The position numbers and the translations under genes are program-made. DNA of 64,000 nt from Lingula anatina (Eukaryota; Animalia; Brachiopoda): contig CM120645.1 in the NCBI GenBank assembly GCA_051362555.1, positions 24,022,934 to 24,086,933 on the forward strand, written 5' to 3'. The notes under the pieces are model-generated. The model saw only the letters and a list, made by a program, of their open reading frames with translations. It made no database searches and had not been told where the DNA came from. Below are positions 46,063-57,222 of this stretch, piece after piece (the first letter of the stretch is position 1; every line of letters begins with the position of its first letter).

Positions 46063-48500
46063 ATGGCAGCTCTAGTTCAAGGAGGAGAAGACACGGGGAA
46101 ACTGATCTACGACCAAGACACGCAACAGTTCGTGCGACCGGCCAAGCATTCCATTAATCAAATACTGGGGTTTGAGAAAGGTAATTAAAAACTGTTTGTA
46201 ATCTTAAACAATAAAAGAAAAATCATTCCACATATTAAAAGGCAGGTTCATTTAAAGTTTGAAATAATGTTGTCCTGGAGGACATTTTTTTCATACTTTT
46301 AAGACGTGGAGAATGTGGAGAATCATATCTTTTTGTAAACTGTACTGGTATATTTAGGTTAAAACCACTTTTTGGACGTGCAATCTTGTTGACATGGAGA
46401 TTTAAGATTGTAGTCTTGGTTCTTTGCTAAGGTGTTTGTGCACACATATTGGGCATTTTGAAGATGAACTCAACTGAACAAAAGAAAAAAATATTCGGCT
46501 TACGCGATCAACTTTCTTACAAATCATCAGCTTTTCAAATGCTGCAGTATTTCCACTTTATTATCTTTTCCGACTTTTTGTACCAGATAACGTACCAGAT
46601 GTACGAACATTTCATGCTTTCACAAGGAACTTAGCAACAAAAAATTAAGCTTTTTAATCACCGGTGAAAATGATCCCAATCACCATGCGAAAGAAACTTT
46701 CCCACAATGCATGTTTTGAATGTTCAATTTTACAGAAAATATTGAGGATTATAGCTTACAGAATTATTTAGTGTACTAAATACGATTCATTTGGAATAAA
46801 CCTATTATAACTTACTTACTTAGTTAGCCACAAAACAAAAAACACCACTTTGTCACCTCAGTCCGACGTTTTAGTCAAACAAAACAAATCGAAATTCGAC
46901 ATCTTTGATAACAATTGACTTAAAGAACTTCGTTCATCGACATTAATGAATCTCAAAAGTAGTGAATTTTGAAATTCAAATTACGATTAAATCCGCTTTC
47001 ACTGATATTGCTTACTTATATAATTCGTCCCTTTTGCATCTATTAATTTCAATTCTTTCATCATAGATGACTGGCAGGACTCTGATTCCTCGGAGCAACG
47101 TCTCTCGGACGACAGTGCGTCCACCCTGCTGCACGTGAGCAGACCCCCGCGACGCCGCCAGAGGAGATCACGTATTCAGTTCACAGAGGAGCAGCTAGCG
47201 AGACTAGAAGACGCCTTTGGGAAGGAGCAATACCCTGATATCAACAAAAGAGAAGAGCTGGCGGAAGAGCTGCGGATTACGGAGGCCAGAATACAGGTGA
47301 GGTGCAGAATGATCAGATTTCGGCACTATGTTACACTAAAGAGTTCTCATGTAAATTAATCAAATATAACATATATTATAGTAATTTAAGGCAAAGAGGC
47401 AAAGAGGCAATTAAGGCAATTTAAGGCAAAGAGATATCCGTTCCCTTGTCACCAATAAAATGAATTTGATTCGGCAAACTTTTTCTTTTAAATACATCAA
47501 TTTAATTCACGTTTATAAATATAGAAATCCAATTCACTGTGTGACGATAACAGTATGATATCCAGGGATCTAGATTTCATATACACTAATAATTTCGTCG
47601 TACGTACTATTTTAACGTTTGTGCGTGAAAAAAAAAAGAAGTACATAGCAAATATTTATTTAACTTTAGGTGTGGTTCCAAAACAAGCGTTCGAGAACAA
47701 GACGGTCGATCAAGACAGGGTCATCTCCAAATTCAACGGGCTCCTCACCACAGTCTAGCGATTCGGAAGAAAATGCCGGCCGCAAACAACAAGCCCCCAA
47801 GTATGGAAAACGCAAGGAGAACCACGATAACGGCATGTCCGAGGAGGCCTCCAAGGTGCCTCGCAAGACGCCTAAGTCCAAACGCAGACCACCCCCTTTG
47901 CCATCTCAGCTGCCAGCACCGGCGTCTGTCTCACCTTCCCCAAGTGGCGGCGGTGTGATTCCCTACTCGCCCATGTTTCAGATGAGCCCCATGTACAATG
48001 GACTCAACTCTGCGGGGTATTTAATGCCACCTTTGTACGGGTTGCCGCCATCCAACTTTGTCCTGCAGTATTCTCCACTGCCATCAGCGCGTAGTGGGAG
48101 CTTTCAGTTTCCGCCCATGGCTTCTAACGGGTATCCTCCTTCGTTCAACCACTGGGGTCTGATGTCGCCGCTGACCACGCCCACTCTCCCGCCAGTGACG
48201 CCATCAACGCTGTACCCACTCACGTCGACGGAGAAACACGGATCCCTGTTTCCTACAGATCCGCTAAAGCCTGGTCCCACTGTAAACGCCGCTGCCACCA
48301 CCATACCGTGGCTTGGAATGTCGGACGTGCCAGCTACCACCGCGGTCAACTCAAACGGCAGTAACTCTTTATGGGCATCCTTGCATCTACCACCCACAGA
48401 CCTGCCAGAACAACCGCTTGCCGTTGCCAATACTTTAACTATGACGGCACCAAAGGTACCTTCTGAAAAGACTGTCAAAACGGACTATCAAGCATCGTAA
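46063..48500 (+). CDS. Divergent paired-class (PRD, Q50) homeodomain protein with N-terminal octapeptide/eh1 motif, about 392 aa
   Basis: Exons 46063-46180, 47067-47296 and 47670-48500 (phases 1,0). Homeodomain [46 protein letters not shown]|[12 protein letters not shown] has the PRD-typical intron between residues 46 and 47. HSINQILG in exon 1; Pro/Ser-rich C-terminus; AATAAA at 48755. Confidence 0.92.
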
Positions 48501-49244
48501 GAGACGCCACCTTATGAATGTTGCATAGTGTTATACATATCATGTAGTGGGATGCAGACTTTTTGCGTGTGATTCAGCGTTTTGCACCAATAAGTTAGTT
48601 GTTAGACCTTAGCTAATTGTTGTAGCAAGACATACGAGTATATGGCAGAAGTGCAAAAGTGAAGTCGTGCGTTACGTTCAAGTCAACACAGAGTAGTTAG
48701 GTTAACATTGAGAAACCAAAATATTTCATCTTGTAAAATTATAAACTGAAACTAAATAAATTAAATAGAAACTGTGTGAATGTTTGTTAATGTTTATGAA
48801 ATGTGTGTGGCCGATTTTCAAAGTTAAGAGCATTATTACTTACATCAGTTATGTCCATCAGAGCCACGTATGCCAATAATGACTTACTGCAAATATTTGT
48901 CAAATAGTGTTACTAAGAAAAATAAAGACAACGACAAAGTATTATCAAGCCATTTTGTTCTTTTTCTCCGTCTTTAAAGGGTGAATGACTGCTAAAACCT
49001 AAAACAAGCAAATATTTTCTATCATTTCCCCTGTGGTAAGACGGTTGCCTTTGTAAAGTTATGTACCTGGGGAAACTGCTTTGCCATGTGGTCCAGACTC
49101 CCAAAATCACGCCAACGTCAGCTAAGAAAGTAAAGTAAAATTTGCTTATGATTTTCGCAAACATTAGAGGGGAAATATAAAAAAACAAACTCTTATTTCT
49201 GCTTTAAATTATCTGTATTAAAAATGTAAATCCAGACATAAGAA

Positions 49245-52200
49245 CTACAGTTGGTTTGAGGCCACAGCCCCAGGTTTACATGGCTTCTTCCAGGCCACCA
49301 CATAACTTAAGTAGTCATCTTCAGACACGTAGCCACTTAGACATGACACCTGGAAATTCTTCTCTGCATACGACCACAGATCCACATACAGACCATATTT
49401 AGAAAGATGGTGTGAGGAAGAATAGATATAAGGTCCTGGATTAGTCCAAATTGCGCTAAATTTATTCCTATCACCATCTTGATAAGCTTTGACATATGCC
49501 AGCAAATGTCCATATCTTGCATGTCTGTTGAATTCTTTTTCATATTGGTCTTTTGTCAAGTCATATTTTGACCATACATCGTATGTTTTGTTATTTTTTC
49601 TTAAATACAGAGTTGCTATGTTGGTCAGGTTATTGAAATTCAAAACACAACAAACTTGAAGATAAAGATTCTGTTTTTTATACTCTTCTTGGATTTTGGC
49701 GTGCGATGATGTCCCCAGATTCAGGTGAATTTTCCATTCCTGGATTAAGTTTTCTTTAGGATCTGTCTCTTTGGCAATAAGGGCAAAACATACACAGTCT
49801 TTTTTAATATAAGAATCTAAATGTATTGGTATCAGATTTGAATTTGATATATCCTCGAGAAGAGATAATATTTCTACCTCTGTCTGGTTATATATCACCT
49901 GAGTCACCTGCCTTTGTTTGGTCCAAGAGACATTGAAGTAGAGACCGTTGTCAAACATATATCCGTCTATCCATGTTGCCTGGTAACAACCAAGTTCCTT
50001 AACACTCTGTAACATATCCGATAACTCATTTTCCTTGACAAGAATCTTCACCATGTTTAATTTATCCTTAGATATAACATCAGCAAATCTAAACCCCGGT
50101 ATAACTGTGTTGTATGGAGACCAACTGTCCACCTTACTGAGTGCATATCTTATAACACTGCTCAGGTCTGTGTCATTCACCCAACAGTTACACAGGCAAG
50201 CCCAGGTAAACCCACTGCAGTCGTGTGTCAACGTGGACGTGGTGCCGTCCATCCCGCCCGTGTGCTCCCAGGTTTTCCCAGAATCCATCACTTCCAGTCC
50301 CATGCCGTACCAACTCTCCTTCCCTTTTACAAATTTCTGCCTCTCAAGCATCAAACTGAACGATTCCTGACTTATCAGTTGCACTGACCCCATGCCGTCA
50401 ATAGCGTAGAAGAATTTGATCAACTCCTCGGCAGTGGAGACCAGTCCTCCCACTGGGGCATCATCCTCGAGACAGAAGGCACCATAGGGTGCTGAGACCC
50501 TCCCCTCTCCTGGGAAGACTGAATCCACAGTGTCATTAGGAGGGAAGGCATAGTACTCCACCTATACATGGAAACAGAGGAATTGTATTAACAGACATAC
50601 AGAGGAATTCATTTTTTAATATAAGCCAAGTGTTGTTTGATTCAGGTGTGATAAAACATTAGACTATGCGTAAACTTAACTGTATTACATGTATATCTAC
50701 ATGGTGCCAAGTATTCTTAATATACAAATATGCAGGTATTCTAAATATACATCTCAGTTTATACTGAGTATCTATCAAAATCATAGGATGCAACAAATCA
50801 AACCTCATCTTCAAAGGCATCTTTTTTTCTGGTTTTTCCCACTCGGACACTGGTGATGCCAGCTTTCGGCAACACTTGTCTCAGATAGTCTTCATATCTG
50901 ACACCAGATGCCACTTCTATCACCTGGCCCAAGACAAGATAACCAAAGTTGCAGTATGAGTGTTTTGTCCCTGAAACCACAGTAAAAATGTAATGATAAG
51001 TAACACAGCTTTCCACAAATTGTGTAAATGATGAAAATGCATGAAGCCACAGCTAACAATGACAGACACAGGTGATGATTATACGTATAGGCTATACTGT
51101 GTCTGTATATAAAAATATGCCTTCTTAAAGCAATCAACAAAAATGAAAATGAAAAGAGGCCATTTCCAAAACTGAATAACCCTGGGTCCCAACCTTCCTA
51201 AAAAAATAAGAGGTGGGTTCCTTTGTGGCTGTGTTTGTACTCCTTCAAGTTGTTGACTGTGATCCAAAGACATTTGATCTTACTTATATGCATAACTACC
51301 TGGAGTGAACTGTAATTTCTGTGTCATCATATACTTGATGAGAGTTTCAGGTGACACAGGTTCTGGCTCATTTATAATGGCCCCTATGTGTCTGTAGTAC
51401 ATGGGATCCCCTATGACGTCAAAGTCCCAGCCAGCGGAGTGCTGCAACAGGTGCCTCACTGTGATCTGAAGTAGTCTCCTGTCACTTCTCACTGCTGGAC
51501 TGAATCTGGAGAGAATGCCTTGTAATAGGAAGCAATATTTACGTAGAATGACTTGAATGAGGTCAATAGACCATTATTTACAGGGGCGGATCCAGATATA
51601 TTTTCTGACAGTCTTCCAAATTATCTTTGCTGATCCATCCTACATTTTTTGACCATCTTCCGACAGAAAAAAATAGATACCCGTCAATGTAAACTTGAAA
51701 ATCTGACCGTCTTCTGGAAGACCCAGAAGACGGCCTAAATCCGCCCCTGATTTAAATATGTTTCTTCTTTGCAGTCACAAAGAAACCAATTGATTTGAAT
51801 ATTATGTTCAATTATAAACCCGTAATTGAGAAAATGAAAAAGTGACTTTGAATTAATTTTCTGATTAAAATATGATGAAAAGTATCCTTATTAATTTTTT
51901 TATCTATGATAAATGGTAAAACACTGGTATATATTACAATATAGGTGTCCAAAAGGAAATATAACATTCAGTCATGCTAGCATTTTTCCCTTGCTTTGAA
52001 CTTTTTTGCCAGAACAACTAGCTAGGCATTCAAAGAAAAATATAAATTGGGAATATTTCAACAAGCTTGAGAATGTCTCTTTAGCAGTACTGTACCTTTG
52101 GGTCCAAATACTTTGCCATTCAGGTTCAGTTTTCCTTCCTCCACCAGAGTGAGAGCAGCCACAGCAGTCAACGTCTTGCTGATGCTGGCGATACGGAAAA

Positions 52201-53290
52201 TGGAGGAGGGGACAACGTTCTTTGATCTTCCTCCTTGCCCATAACCTGCAGCCAAAAACTAAATTCATACATAAACAGATAAAAATAAAATGAAACAATT
52301 GTTTCAACTGAATAATAAATGAAATTTAAATTAGGATTCTAAAAGCCAGGCTCCTCTTTTCTTATAAATAATAATTAATTAGATTAAATTACAATTCATC
52401 TTCAGCATGTCTTCCACTGTCAATTGCCAGTTTAGCTTTCTTTAATTTGACAATTCACAGATATCATTCAAAACACTTTCTGTATGTCACAGCTTATATC
52501 CTTCATTGTTAATTCAAGCTATGTACTGGCTTCTGGACCTTTTTAACCCAATATTATTCCACATACCCTGCGTATATACCACCTCCCCATCTTTCCCTAG
52601 AGCCAGGCTAAGACCAGGGATGTTTTGTTCCTTCATGAAGGTCACCAAGACGTCATTGAATGCTGTCATATAATCTGGGGATGGAGTGTTGGGATGTGGA
52701 GACTCAGTACCTGAAGTATAACATATCTCACCTTCAGTAACAGTCAATCAGTATCTACAATTAAAATTGTTGAATGCACAACCTGCAGCCAAAACTTTGG
52801 CTTATGGAAATCTAGTTCATTATGGAAATCTAGATTACACATGAAATAATTTATGGAACCTAGTAATATCATTCTGAACAAATCAATGGTTTCGTTTAAA
52901 AGTATCCCTTGCTTTTACAAATGTTTAATTACCCCAGAATGTATTTCCGGTTTTTAATGCTGTGGCTGAGTCTTCTGTGAACACCTCTCCCTGAGGCTGA
53001 AAGTCAATGTGGCGTGTAAGAAGATCCTCTTTGAGTTCAGCTTCAACAATTTTGCCACTGTTTGCCAAGCCCCACTGGGATTCATTATTTCTCCTTATGA
53101 AATCGTCATGAATAATTTCAGATGTTGCCTCTGTTCTGTGGCAAGCTGTGGATTTGCTGTCTCTTTCACTCTGGTTAGGAAATGGTTTATCTACACATGT
53201 CCTGGTACACGTGCCTATGTCATGTATTTCAATATCAGAGTCCAGTTTTGATCTCTTTCCAGTGAGATGATGTTCGATGTCAGGATCCAT
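49245..53290 (-). CDS. Serine beta-lactamase/penicillin-binding-fold hydrolase (AmpC/LACTB-like) with five C-terminal BTRD1-like repeats, about 784 aa
   Basis: Exons 52933-53290, 52567-52710, 52096-52245, 51300-51518, 50804-50970 and 49245-50561 (phases 1,1,1,1,0). Motifs IPGLSLA, FRIASISK (SxxK), ITVRHLLQHSAG, FTPG..HSYCNFGY (YxN), GGLVST and WEHTGG (HTG). The first exon and start codon are less certain. Confidence 0.88.
51581..51749 (-). mobile_element. MITE family B, copy 2 (5-bp TSD)
   Basis: CAGGGGCGGAT...ATCCGCCCCTG flanked by attta/attta; reverse complement of 17825-17991. Confidence 0.88.
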
Positions 53291-54485
53291 CTGTATTCAA
53301 TGAATGCGATAGCTCTACATTGATACAGGGGTATCTGAAACACAGTATCGGGGGGCTTGCTTTATATTTATACAATATACATTTGGTACCATGTTCTTTG
53401 ATAATTTATCATTAAGGAGTCCTGAATATTGTAACTGCTGAAATGTATTCAAAAGCAAAAAATATAAGTACTTTTTATTAATCCTAGACCTCCTGCAACA
53501 TAAAAAAAGAAACATTCACATTTACTTTTTTCTTTTAAAATACTAAATTATTTTATTAACTTTGAGTAGGACCTGTTCCATCTCTGGCAAAGCAACTGCT
53601 CCCCCCCCCTCCCCCAGCCTCCAGTCCCATCGTCTCGTTTTAAAATGCGTTTCACGAACCCACTTGCACCAAATACATTGCCTAGCATTTGCTGACTTTT
53701 TATGAATACAAATCTCCGAATAATGCGTAATTATGCATTGAAAAATACACAATATACCTACGAAATTTACCAGTTTCCTTCCACAACTGCACAAGAGTGC
53801 AGGCACTGTGAACAGGTGCACGCGTTTTCAAACCTCTTTCCACAAAAGAGCTCCTGACAACGAGATAAGCGCCCTGAGGTCGAAGGTAATGTTCGTTTCT
53901 TATCAGTAGCTAGAATTAGCCATTAAATAGACGGAGCTGTGCATTGCAGTTTCGTTTTGTATTCTGATGGATGTATCAAATTCGAAACCGTTTTCAAACG
54001 GCAAATATCGTTCAAGAAGCGGATTACTTTTTGACATCAACAAATTAATAGAGAGAGAGGTTATTCATATCACAATTCTTCTCCGTTGGCGGCATTGATT
54101 GTCTGCAGATTAAATTACCTGTAGTTATGTACACAGTCATATCACTGGTTTTGTTGTATACTGCCACAAAATTATTACGATTATTTTACGTAAACCTTCC
54201 TTGCAAGATATTTACAACAGTGTAGTGGTCAGATTTTATTTTTAAAATTCCTGAATGTTATCAAATCGTGCAGCACGTACAGTTCCCTTTTATGAAGTTC
54301 GATATCTGTTGGCAAATAAATATCTAACTATGAAACTATGAACACGACCTCCATGTTAAATTCCCCAACATGTCTCATCAAGTTCACTATAGTAACACAT
54401 ATAATGCGTATAGCAGTGGCGCATTGGAGGGGTTAACTGACAGTGAGCAGAAGGGAAAAGCATGTACTGGTACCGGTACATCTGC

Positions 54486-54684
54486 CAGGCCTGTAGCCAG
54501 GGGGATGGGGGGGGGGGGGGGGGGGGGGGGGGGGCTCAGGGGCTCAGAGTTCTTTTTGCCAGGAAAAGGTTCGCTGTGGGTAAATTTTGATCTACACGTG
54601 GGTACACAAAGGTTTCAAGGTACAAGATCTACTTTCAGAGAAAAGACTCCTAGGGCCTTTCAAAATTTGCTGGCTACAGGCCTA
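54486..54684 (+). mobile_element. MITE family C
   Basis: TIR CAGGCCTGTAGCCAG ... CTGGCTACAGGCCT with an internal poly-G; related inverted copy at 63424. Confidence 0.75.
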
Positions 54685-54992
54685 GGCTTTCTGCAGATAA
54701 TTCTGCTTGGCCTTTTTTACAGATTTGTAAATATTTTACTGATTCAGATTCATTGAATTAAATTGCATAATTGATTTTAAATAATAATTTTTCAGCTATA
54801 GATTTAAACCTTGGGAGATTTGATGTAAAAAAGTTTTTACAATGTACCCTTGGGCCTATATATATATATATATCATGCTGGTGCCCCATTCCTACACCAA
54901 GGGCCCAATTATTAATTTTAATTATTTTTGCAGACTTCCCTTGCACCTGCCACAGATGGGCAAACTTTATTAGCTGAGGTACTGGAGACAGA

Positions 54993-55060
54993 ATGGGGTG
55001 TGGATCATCCAAGTCAACCTCCACTCAGGATCAGAGTGGAAAGAGGAAAGTCAATGTAAC

Positions 55061-55108
<48 letters not shown>

Positions 55109-57172
55109 GTAAATTGGAAAATAGCATCTAGATAATATTGTAAAGCTAAGTCATACAGTAAGTAATATTTTACATAAGCAAAATTTATTACTGGACTTTA
55201 CAAGTTATAGTCTGTTTGACAATGAATTATTGGAAGATCATTTAAAGAACAATAATTAAATAAAATGAAGTGAAAAAGAAATTTATCTATATGGTAAGTT
55301 TTAATTCTCAAATATTTAGATTTTTTGTCTTTGGTGCCTTTATTTTTGGTGCCATAAAAGTGAGATCTGAAGATTGAAGTTTTCTGATGGGTTGTTTTGG
55401 GAATGTTTCAAGTTATTTAGAATTTAATTGACATGTTTTATTATTTGAATAGCCACAAGTTTCGTCAAACAAGGCAAATGAGCTGTCCTCTCCGAAAAAG
55501 GAGGTCAAGATTGCTGTGAATACATTCAAACCAGGTGCACACCTCCCAGATGATATCACTAGGAATATTAATGGTAAGCTTTTTTAATTGATTGTGCATT
55601 GTGCATTTTTGATTGTGCATTGTGTGAGCTGGAATAATTTCTTTTTGACACTGGGAAACAAGTATATTATAGATAAAGATAAACTAGGTTGTCTGCATTA
55701 TTTCATAAATTCATAAAGATTACTTACAAATTATATATATTATAATTTTTTTTCAAGAAACCATCATATTTGTCAATCTAAGTAATTTTTTGTTTTTGAA
55801 AAAAAATATAATTATTATTAAATCTTAATTGGTTTTTATATGAAATGTGCCATTAAAGAATTCATTAGTTTATTCTTGATGATCTTAATGAATTTTCACT
55901 TTTCAACTGCAGAATCAAAACCTGTGGTCAAGGGTTTCTCCAAAGCCAAATGGCCGCTACGTTGTTATGCTGCACTGGATTATAACATCAACGCAGGCCA
56001 TGGGGGTGCTGCTGCTGTTCTGCTGATATCTGGTGAATATGGCGGCCCTGGAGCCAACTCCACGGGGGAATTAATCTTCGTACGCTCTGGCTTCGATGCC
56101 AATCATTTTCAGCATCATGTGACCAAAAAAATAAATGGTGGGGGTCATTTTGGTGCAGAGAGCTTCTGCCTGACCAATGAGAAGGGAGATCTCATCACAA
56201 ACAACCTTTTCGGCGCTAATCAGGTTGGACTTTTTTCAAATGATGCAAGGTTTACAAATCTGGGGTTTGGTGTGATCAGAAAAGACGGAGATGCTGACAG
56301 TCCAACAGATCTTGGAGTTGCTGTCAATCAAGCTAATGGTGCCTGCACCACTTTGGTATTGTGTAGTCAGGCTCAGGCTGGTGGCGCCATCTACATGCTG
56401 CAGTCTGGACATAAAGATGATCACCTGAAATCTGGTCTCATCTGTGGTGAGGATAAGTGGAAATTTGATGTGGGTGAGAACGGCAGTATCCAGGTCACAG
56501 GAGAGGCGGAGAGTTGTTATGGAATCTTCCATAACAGAGAGAATGAGGAAGACTTCACGGAGAATCAAGCTGGTTCTTTTCTCACTCAAGCTGTGAATGG
56601 ATCGGAAGACACCCAGTTGATAACCATGCCTGATTCCACAACCCACTGTCAGCTAGTAGTGATGTGCTCTAACAGCAGTGGAAAGGAGGCTGCAACATCA
56701 GCAGCCCTTTATGGTGTCTCACTAGATGGCAGTCCTGAGCCCAAGACACACCTAATCCAAGGCAGCTCTGGGGTTGAAGGGTGTGATGGAAACCTTTGGT
56801 CATTTTCCATCCAGGGGTCATCTTTGATGGCCAAAGGCCCGGCAGGACCATGCAGGTATGCAGTGATTAGTAATTTTCCAGAAACTGTCACTGACCTGAA
56901 GGAGAAATGTCTGCAGAGTTGTTGCCTGGCAACAGGTGAAGAAGAAGTCATGAGAAGTGCAGTTTCTATAACAACAAGTGAGGTCACAGGCTGGGTGAGC
57001 AAGAAGAGTCAGATACTTATCACTTTGGATGAAGATGAAGTTGCACAAATCCGAGCAGATGATTTGGTTGAAGTGGATGGGAAATGGGCATTCCAAAGAA
57101 GATGGGAGGCTGAGGAAATGGATGTCGGGTTGAAGCTGGTTAGAATATATGCAGTTAGGAGTCATGTTAAAG

Positions 57173-57222
<50 letters not shown>

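Noticed and set aside
48104-48478. Antisense ORFs over coding exons (also 50035-50370 and 56236-57165)
   Set aside because: They are shadows of the real coding strand with no independent evidence.
49245-50561. Bacterial contamination as the source of the beta-lactamase-like ORF
   Set aside because: The gene has five GT-AG introns, one containing a host MITE, and is flanked by animal genes.
52780-52796. Short copy of the hydrolase exon 3 acceptor (aacctgcagccaaaa) in intron 1
   Set aside because: It is short, not tandem, and leads to a stop; it may be chance, so it was not counted among the junction duplications.
55840-55912. Signal-peptide-like N-terminus of ORF 55840..57231
   Set aside because: It is best explained as read-through of the intron's pyrimidine tract; the acceptor at 55912 joins in phase to upstream exons that begin MGCGSSK.
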